This document shows positions 15,068 to 22,200 of a stretch of 48,015 bases of DNA, one piece after another; positions within the stretch are counted from its first letter, which is position 1, and every line of letters begins with the position of its first letter. Where the stretch lies: positions 1-48,015 of the forward strand of contig JAITUP010000132.1 of NCBI GenBank assembly GCA_031286265.1, in the 5' to 3' direction. This DNA comes from Chitinispirillales bacterium. Its GTDB lineage: Bacteria; Fibrobacterota; Chitinivibrionia; Chitinivibrionales; Chitinispirillaceae. The notes beneath the pieces were generated by a model, which saw only the letters and a list, made by a program, of their open reading frames with translations, was not told the DNA's origin and did no database searches. The position numbers and the translations under genes are program-made.

Positions 15068-16471
15068 TCACATCCGCGTGGCCGTTCCCCTCTCCCGTAC
15101 CGCCGGTTTGGAGAGTGAGAGCATTATTGATCCGTTTTTGAAGACGTTGACCATGCCCGTAGACTCCGATATGGTTATTGCCAAAGCTTGGGTGCAGCTC
15201 GAGATGCCCGCGGCGGCGGCATGTCTGGCGCCAAAGCCGCTTGGGAGCAAGTCGGAGGCTTCCGACGTGTGCGGACGCAAGTAGCTTCCCGCCGAGAGTA
15301 TGACGCCGTCGCCGGTTATGATGAACGCGCCGTCTATGGCGGCGAACTCCTTGATGGTTTCTACAAGCCCGGGGTCGAGGATGTTGCGCTCGGCTTCGCT
15401 GTAGCCCCTGAACGGGTTGATTATCAGTTGGCGGATATTGGCGTTCACCGAGTTGGTGTCGCCAAGAACGAAGATCGTTCCCACGGCCTTGCCCTCGCGG
15501 CCCTCAACGGCAATCTCCCCGGCGAGCCCTATCACGCGTTCGAAAACTTCCGGCTTTATGTCGGGAGGCAGGAGATTATGGGACGATAAAAAATAGAAAT
15601 CATATTCAAGCGCGATGTCTATGCAGACTACCGTGTCGAAGTTCGCCCCGGACGCGCCGCCGGAGACGCAGACCACCTTGTCGTCTTTGTTTATGAGCCC
15701 TCTCGAAAGCGCGAGCAGTATGCCGATCTTGAGCTGGCCGGTTCTCGATATCGGTATGGGCGGCGCTTGCACGAGGCCGAGCACACGCTTGTCTTTGGCT
15801 AAATCAAACCGCATCTTGTTGTTGGTAACGATAATCAGTTTGTGGCGTTCGCCGAGCTGATCGAGGAAATCGTTGTCCTTTACCGCGTCGGCGAAGACGA
15901 CAAGCGCTCTGGCCTTGAAATCGCGCGCTAAATTTTTCGCGGCGGTTATGATGGGCGGTACGGCAGACGCGGCGGCGCCTTGTGCGCGTTTGCGCGGCTT
16001 TTTATCGAGCAACCCTTTTTTAACGGCCGCGCTGAGTACTCGCAAATCGACCACCGAATCCTGCGACAGAATTTTCTCACGCACTTCATCGGATTTGAAA
16101 AACGTGGCAAGCTCGGAAAGTAGCTCTAATTGGCGTTCGTTGTCCGCGCCTTCGCGTGAAATGAGCAGCGCCACGATGTGCGCCGACGCGTTACGCGCCG
16201 CGTCGTAGTTGATGCCGGAAGTGCTGCGTCCCACGATAATCGCAAATTCATCCTTTATCGGACAGCCCCGCGCGTGCGGCAGCGCGACCCCATGGCCTAT
16301 GAATGTCGACGCGCTCTCTTCGCGCCGGAATATTTCGTCGACGATGCTTTTCTGCTTTGTAATATCCAGCGCCTTGCAGAGAGCGGACGTGAGTTCTTTG
16401 AGTGATTCGGCCTTGTCGTTCGAGACGATGTCGAAGACGGCGGGCGTTGCGAGATATTGTTGAAAGTTCAT
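15068..16471 (-). CDS. Diadenylate cyclase (DAC domain) fused to an N-terminal PTS EIIA type-2 domain
   Basis: N-terminus FIGHGVALPHAR (EIIA-2 phospho-His motif). C-terminus DGAFIITGDG...GARHAAAAGIS...ITISESTGMVNVF (DAC DGA and RHR-like motifs). Confidence 0.75.
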   Translation of the reverse strand: MNFQQYLATPAVFDIVSNDKAESLKELTSALCKALDITKQKSIVDEIFRREESASTFIGHGVALPHARGCPIKDEFAIIVGRSTSGINYDAARNASAHIVALLISREGADNERQLELLSELATFFKSDEVREKILSQDSVVDLRVLSAAVKKGLLDKKPRKRAQGAAASAVPPIITAAKNLARDFKARALVVFADAVKDNDFLDQLGERHKLIIVTNNKMRFDLAKDKRVLGLVQAPPIPISRTGQLKIGILLALSRGLINKDDKVVCVSGGASGANFDTVVCIDIALEYDFYFLSSHNLLPPDIKPEVFERVIGLAGEIAVEGREGKAVGTIFVLGDTNSVNANIRQLIINPFRGYSEAERNILDPGLVETIKEFAAIDGAFIITGDGVILSAGSYLRPHTSEASDLLPSGFGARHAAAAGISSCTQALAITISESTGMVNVFKNGSIMLSLSKPAVRERGTATRM

Positions 16472-16494
16472 GTGTAATTTTTGCCTTTCAATAA

Positions 16495-17649
16495 TTAGTT
16501 TTCAGCGTTTATCGCGATTGTCGCCGCGAAATAATTCACGATGTCCGATTTACGGACGGCAGCCGTTTTTGCCTTGGTATTGACCTTTACCGCTTTTAAT
16601 TTGTGCAGCGTGGCCAAACCGTTTTTCACGATCGTCGCGGGTGTCAATTCGTCGAGCGTTTTGCAATTCCGCCCGTCTTTTACAAGCGACGATTTCAATT
16701 CGCCCGCGCCCCGTACCAGATCAATCATAGACACGGTTCCGTCGCCCGATCTCAATAGCAACGCCGATACTATGTGCACCGGCAATATTCTGTACAGTGA
16801 AACGAGCAGCTTGCGTATCTCCGCGCCCGCGATGTCGAGCGAGGCTCTGTGCGCCGCGAACTCGTCTCTTGCGCCCTGTATCCGGTTGGCCTCCAAATCC
16901 ACGAGCGACCTGACCGAGACCGGCTTGCCGTAGTCCATGTAGGCCGCGCCGTATTTGCGTCCGAAAAATCTTGCGAGCATAAACGGTGCAAACGCCGCAA
17001 GATCGGCTCCGAAATAGTATAAATTACCTAAAATTTTCTTGATAAAATTACTCTTGCCCTTGCGCAACTTTTTACCTTTGAGCAATAGCGAGAACCAAGG
17101 CACGTCGGGCGGGCGTTCGTAGGAGACCGCCGTGGGCAGAAGGAAAACATCACGTTCGGGATTGGCCGCCTGGAGCATCAGCGCGGCGTTGAGTATCCCG
17201 CCGCGTATTTCGAGCATCCCGCCGCTGTAGCTGCGGCCTCCTTCGGGAAAAACGAGCACCGAGTCTCCGTCGTTGAGCATTTCGATAACTTTTGCGCACA
17301 GGTTGCGCACGTAATGGCGCTCAAACCCGCTGTCGCGTGATACGGCGAAAGCTCCGAACGTAAGAAACTTCGGCCCGATCCATGGCAGCTTAGTGAGGTT
17401 GTCTCCAGCCGCGAAACGTATGTTTCTAAAGCCCATCAGGCAAAATTTCGAGCCTATCAAAAAATAGTCGGCGTGGCTCCTGTGCGTGCCGACAAACATG
17501 ATCGGCGATTTTTGCACTTCAAGCGGGTCCATGTCGGGGCCGTCAAAACGCACCTCGGAAAACGTCTTTTCAAAAAATTTCACAACGCCGGCGCTGACCC
17601 TTGCCACTTCGTTGTGGTAGTTTTTTTCATTTTTTGCTTTTTTGGACAA
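16495..17649 (-). CDS. PlsB/PlsC-like glycerolipid acyltransferase
   Basis: HRSHADY (Hx4D) and FPEGGRSYSG acyltransferase motifs. The track start is TTG at 17649, with GGAG 10 nt upstream. Confidence 0.75.
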   Translation of the reverse strand: MSKKAKNEKNYHNEVARVSAGVVKFFEKTFSEVRFDGPDMDPLEVQKSPIMFVGTHRSHADYFLIGSKFCLMGFRNIRFAAGDNLTKLPWIGPKFLTFGAFAVSRDSGFERHYVRNLCAKVIEMLNDGDSVLVFPEGGRSYSGGMLEIRGGILNAALMLQAANPERDVFLLPTAVSYERPPDVPWFSLLLKGKKLRKGKSNFIKKILGNLYYFGADLAAFAPFMLARFFGRKYGAAYMDYGKPVSVRSLVDLEANRIQGARDEFAAHRASLDIAGAEIRKLLVSLYRILPVHIVSALLLRSGDGTVSMIDLVRGAGELKSSLVKDGRNCKTLDELTPATIVKNGLATLHKLKAVKVNTKAKTAAVRKSDIVNYFAATIAINAEN

Positions 17650-17673
17650 AGCTGGTTGTCTCCGTTAGAAACA

Positions 17674-18108
17674 TTAAAATCAAAATCTTTAAAATCTTCA
17701 AAACCTTAAAAGCCTTAAAGTCAAAATCTTTTTTTGGGGACAGGGGCTCCGCCCCCGTAACGCCCCCATTTTAAAACCGACTTACGCTAAAACCCTTATC
17801 CTAAAACCCTACGGGTGGGTGTAATGCTAAAGTCAAAACATAACGTGGTTTTGACTTTAACATTTATACTCCCATAATACGCCCACATGGGGCTGTCTCA
17901 AAAGCCGTTATTGCGAGTGCCCAGCTCACCGTCATTGCGGGTCAAGCCCGCAATGACGGCTTTTGAGACAGCCCCTATATATCGGGGCGTTACGGGGCAG
18001 AGCCCCGTAACCAAAAGATTTTTAAAAAGATTTTGATTTCAATCTTTTAAAACAAAACCCTATTGATATTGCCCCAGATAATTAAGAACAATTACCGCCG
18101 GGTTAATA
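17674..18108 (+). repeat. R1 element, copy C (most complete; contains nested P copy)
   Basis: Inverted ends: left AAAATCTTT-type 9-nt array plus GGGGC-TCC-GCCCC and CGTAACGCCCCC (17743-17767). Right GGGGCGTTACGGGGC-AGA-GCCCCGT (17984-18008) plus AAAGATTTT array. Internal hairpin at 17823-17864 and tail AATTACCGCCGGGTTAATA. Confidence 0.85.
17889..17975 (+). repeat. Palindromic repeat family P, copy 2 (nested in R1 copy C)
   Basis: Outer arms 17889-17915 and 17949-17975 pair at 26 of 27 positions. The inner hairpin 17931-17941/17947-17957 shares 17949-17957 with the outer stem. Confidence 0.9.
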
Positions 18109-18172
18109 ATACATGGTTTTACGCATCAATGAATATAATATAATTCGTGCGGGATATGTATATTTATTGTAT

Positions 18173-19063
18173 ATGAATGCTAACGTCCCCAATCCTGTCC
18201 CTGCCCCTGCCGACCAGATTCGTGTGATACGTAATAAGGTTAGGGGGCTTTTGAAGCATGAAGAGCGGAAACTCCTTAAGCAGCGGGCGGAGGTTGAGGA
18301 GGCCGGAATGTTTGGAAAATACGCCGAAATCGCCGATTCGCTTATGGCCGACCTTGCCGCGGCGCCGAGGGGGACGGCTAAAACCGTCATCAAAAATATT
18401 TACACGGAAACAGGCGTGGAAGTCACGCTAAATCCCGCGCTCGACGCGACGCGCAACGCGGAGCTCTACTACCGGCGGGCGCGGAAAGGGCGGCGAGGAT
18501 ACGAAACCGCGACGGCGATGGCCGCGGAGACGGCGGAGCGGATTGATAAACTGAAGACCGTTATATTGGATATAGACGCTGTCGTCGCCGCCGCCGATCC
18601 TCTTGATGCCGCCGTCGACAGCGTCCGCGAGATAGCCGCCGAATTTTTGCCGGAAGAAAGCGTAAACGCCAAAGGACGCCCGAAAAACGTACCGCCGCCT
18701 CCGCCGTTCAAGAAGTACACGATCGACGGATGGGAAGTATACATGGGTAAAACCAGCAGGCAAAACGACGAACTGTCCATACATTTCGCCAAGCCGTCCG
18801 ATCTATGGTTGCACGTGGTTGGCTACGCCGGCAGCCATGTCATCATCCGCCGAGCCAAAAATGTGCCTTATCCGCCGCCAAACGTTATCCAAAAAGCCGC
18901 GCAGATAGCCGTATGGTTCTCAAAAGCCAAACACACGTCGTTCGCCGAGGTTCACGTGACTGAGGCGCGGTTTGTCAGAAAACGCCGGAAAGCGCCGCCG
19001 GGGGAGGTCATAGCGGAGCGGTGCAAGACGGTCAGAGTGGAGCCGAAAAACCCGGAATTATAG
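18173..19063 (+). CDS. NFACT-R (DUF814) domain protein, RqcH C-terminal-half-like
   Basis: YTIDGWEVYMGKTSRQNDELSIHFAKPSDLWLHVVGYAGSHVIIR is a DUF814 signature, preceded by a coiled-coil region. The alternative ATG 18113 lies in the R1 tail, so 18173 is preferred. No obvious RBS. Confidence 0.7.
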   Translation: MNANVPNPVPAPADQIRVIRNKVRGLLKHEERKLLKQRAEVEEAGMFGKYAEIADSLMADLAAAPRGTAKTVIKNIYTETGVEVTLNPALDATRNAELYYRRARKGRRGYETATAMAAETAERIDKLKTVILDIDAVVAAADPLDAAVDSVREIAAEFLPEESVNAKGRPKNVPPPPPFKKYTIDGWEVYMGKTSRQNDELSIHFAKPSDLWLHVVGYAGSHVIIRRAKNVPYPPPNVIQKAAQIAVWFSKAKHTSFAEVHVTEARFVRKRRKAPPGEVIAERCKTVRVEPKNPEL

Positions 19064-19169
19064 GGGTGCCGCCGCGTTTATCTCGGCGGAGCCGCCATTT
19101 GTCTCCGCAACCTCCATCCGATATACCGACATCTCAAAAGTGTTACTCAAAAAATAATTTAAAAAAAAC

Positions 19170-19198
19170 TTGCATTGCGAACGTAACATTGCTATATT
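19170..19198 (+). promoter_or_regulatory. Sigma70-like promoter candidate (TTGCAT-N17-TATATT) for the giant gene
   Basis: -35 at 19170-19175 and -10 at 19193-19198, about 87 nt upstream of ATG 19285. The 5' UTR has a CCCGG-TAAACG-CCGGG hairpin. Confidence 0.45.
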
Positions 19199-19284
19199 AT
19201 GATATGATGGGGAGTTCTGCCCGGTAAACGCCGGGCGGGAAATCGTTGTTATCGAAATAAACCACCAAAAAAGGAGCTTTTATA

Positions 19285-22200
19285 ATGTCTACCAAACAAT
19301 TGAGCGCTATACTGCTTGTAATTGCGCTGTTCGCGATGTCGGCGTTCGCGCAGAGGCCTTGTCCGCCAACCGCGGATATCTGCGTGTCGCAAAATATGAT
19401 GGGGCCGGGAAACCTGAACGGTGATGAAGCCCATTTTACATCCATTCAGACGGCTGTGAACGCTGCGCAGCCAGGGCAAGTGATTGAGATCCTTGATACT
19501 GCCGTCTACACGGAGCAGGTACTCATCTTTGGTATGGAAAATCCGGGGCCAAACGACAACGTGGCCGCGCCTGTCGGTGTTACGGGTGGCAAAAACGGTA
19601 TCACCATAAGGTATACGCCCGTGGGTGGCTGGAGTACGAACGGGCCGCTTGCTGGCGGGCACTCAAGGCCGACCATACTCCATCGAGACATGGCCAACAT
19701 AAGTCCACAGAACCAAACTCAGGCCCAAAACGAGGGGCTGTCGTTGAATCATAGCGGAAATTTTCATACCAACGGGGCACTCCGGATTATTGCCGCGCAG
19801 AACATTATCATTGATGGCATACGCGTAGATGGCGGTGGGCGCTTTACCTACGGTACTAGTGATTTGGGCGGTTGGGACCTTGCGCATGGCAACGCCGGTA
19901 TAGCCGTGACGAATTCCGGCAGTGTGATAATCAGAAATGTAGAGGTGGTTAACGCGGCGCACGGCATATATGTTTGCGACAGGAATATAGGAGGAGTATT
20001 CGCCAACCGCAACCCGCACGACAACATCCCATCGATACCGCTCGGGAATTACGGCCAAATGGGGAACCATATTTTCGAATACAATCGCATACACCAGAAC
20101 AACGTGGGTATGTATTTCCACAGTGTTTGGGACCTTGGGTCAACTATCAGATTCAACCTCATTTTCGATAACTTCATAACCGTCCCGTGGGGGAATCAAG
20201 GGCCCGAAGATCAGCGGAGGGGCGGGGGAATAAGGACAAGAGACATGAGGCAAACGCCGCTTACCATACACAACAACACATTCCATAACAACAGGGTGCA
20301 CATTGAGGGAGCGTGGCAGTCGGGGAACCAGCATTTGCAGTACAACAATATATACGGTTCGACCAATAACTTGGGATCTGCTGGTGTTAACCATCCCGAT
20401 GACGGTTGCGCGGGTACTGATAGCAAAAACATCAGATGTTTCACGCGTACTATGCATGCCTCGGTGATGGCCGCATCGCCCACCGGGCAGAACCAAAACT
20501 ACCAATATGAGTTGCAGGAAGGGAATGGAACGCCGCAAGATCCCTGCCAATATTGGAATCCGCGGGTAGGCGCTGGCTGGCCGCTTGTATTGCAGAGTTG
20601 TGTGAACTTCCCTCACGCGCTGTTCCCTCCCATAAGGAATGCGTGTCAAGCTCAGTTTCCGAGTGGACAGCAACTCAGCGCTGCCGGGCTTACCATATCG
20701 CCTCCTCCTCCCATAGGCACTCACACTGTGACTTCACCGGTTACCGGAGATACGGTCCCGGCCCCGTGTTGGATGTTTATACAAGGCATGAGCGGCCCTG
20801 GAAGTGGTACCGCGCCCGGCACTGTGATACCCAATTTCCTATCCAACAGTGTGTACTGGCTTCAGGTTGGGGGAGAGTACGGGCAACCGCTGTTATTCCA
20901 GAGCACCAACCCGAACGCCTCAAATTTTCTCCATCCCACTTGGAGCGGCGGCGGTGTGGGAACGCCTGAGGCCCAAGCGCTGGTTGGGTCGCACATAGAA
21001 GCGCAGGGCTGGCTAAGCGCGGTCGCCCCGGGCGCCCAGCGCCCGGACCTCGGCGCGATTCAACGTAGCGGCTGGCAGCCTACCATTACGGCGCGTATAC
21101 ACTCTCCGTTCCCTGTTGTGGTGGCCAACAACGGTAACCCGAATGTAACCAATCCGGAACTCACTCTGATGTTCCACCTTACGGTTGAGGACGAAAATGG
21201 TCGTCACGTGACTTTGGAAAATGCGCAGATACATTTTATGAGGTGGAATACTGTCACCTGCCGCTCTAATCCTCAGCCTTGGAACCCTTCCGAGATCGCT
21301 TGTGACGGCGCTGCCAACGTTAACATTGGCGCTCCTGTAGCTCCAACTGTCAGTCCTAACATAATTTCCAACGGCGTTACCACGTTCAATCAGCAGTTTA
21401 CGGGTACGCTCCCGTTGGAACCGAGCATCGGTTACTACGAGATAATCGTGCGTGGTACGGTGGATGGTCAGACGGTAGTATCCAATGTGGGTATTTTGCC
21501 TTACCGCAGGTTGGAGCACCAGATAGTTATGGGGGTATACAACAGTTCTGACGCTACTGTCGAACTCACCAGTATTCAGGCTGGCCAAGCTGCGGAACTC
21601 CGTGTACGGGTTCAGGGGCCTGTGGGTACGCAAAGCCTCCCTCCGCTTCATAGAGTAGACTACAGTCTTACATCCAATACGCTGGCGGAGATGTGGTGCG
21701 GAACACACCAGCCTGCCGGCGGCGGTTCTCCCGGTACCGGGCGCTGTACGCCGGGGACAGTTCAGGGCCTTCCAAATATATATGCCCGCCGTCCGGATTT
21801 GACCGGCCGTCCTTTGAGGCAGGATAACAATATATTGGGTATAAACTCTAACGTTCCGGTTGTTGTCAGGTACCCCATATTTTTTACAAGGGCCGGCAAC
21901 GAGACTATTTATGCGTCGGGTGAGATTTGTCAAATGCCTCTGAACAATCTTGGTAATTGCCCGGACGGTCAAGCGATTCAGTTTTTGGGCATAAAAACCA
22001 TTACAGTTACTCCCGGCCCCGCCGAGCGTGTCGGTTTTGTATCTCCCATGCCTCGTAGCCAACTTGAAGACCCGTTTGGCGAAGGCGCTTGCAGGAGGCT
22101 TGATGAAGGCGGCCCTGGGCCGGGCGTATGCCACAACGCGACGACTATTTCCCGTGGTTTGACCGGCTATCCGGTTGATGTTGAGGTGCAGGACCGTTTC

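Noticed and set aside
17674-18108. R1 as a retron msr/msd, DGR template or group II intron fragment
   Set aside because: No reverse transcriptase or any ORF is associated with any copy, and no intron domain V/VI-like structure was recognised.
21013-22134. 373-aa antisense ORF inside the giant gene, and similar long antisense ORFs at 20140-20724 and 22465-23316
   Set aside because: These are shadow ORFs on the opposite strand of a continuous 1937-aa frame. They have Arg/Pro/Gly-rich composition, no RBS and no motifs.
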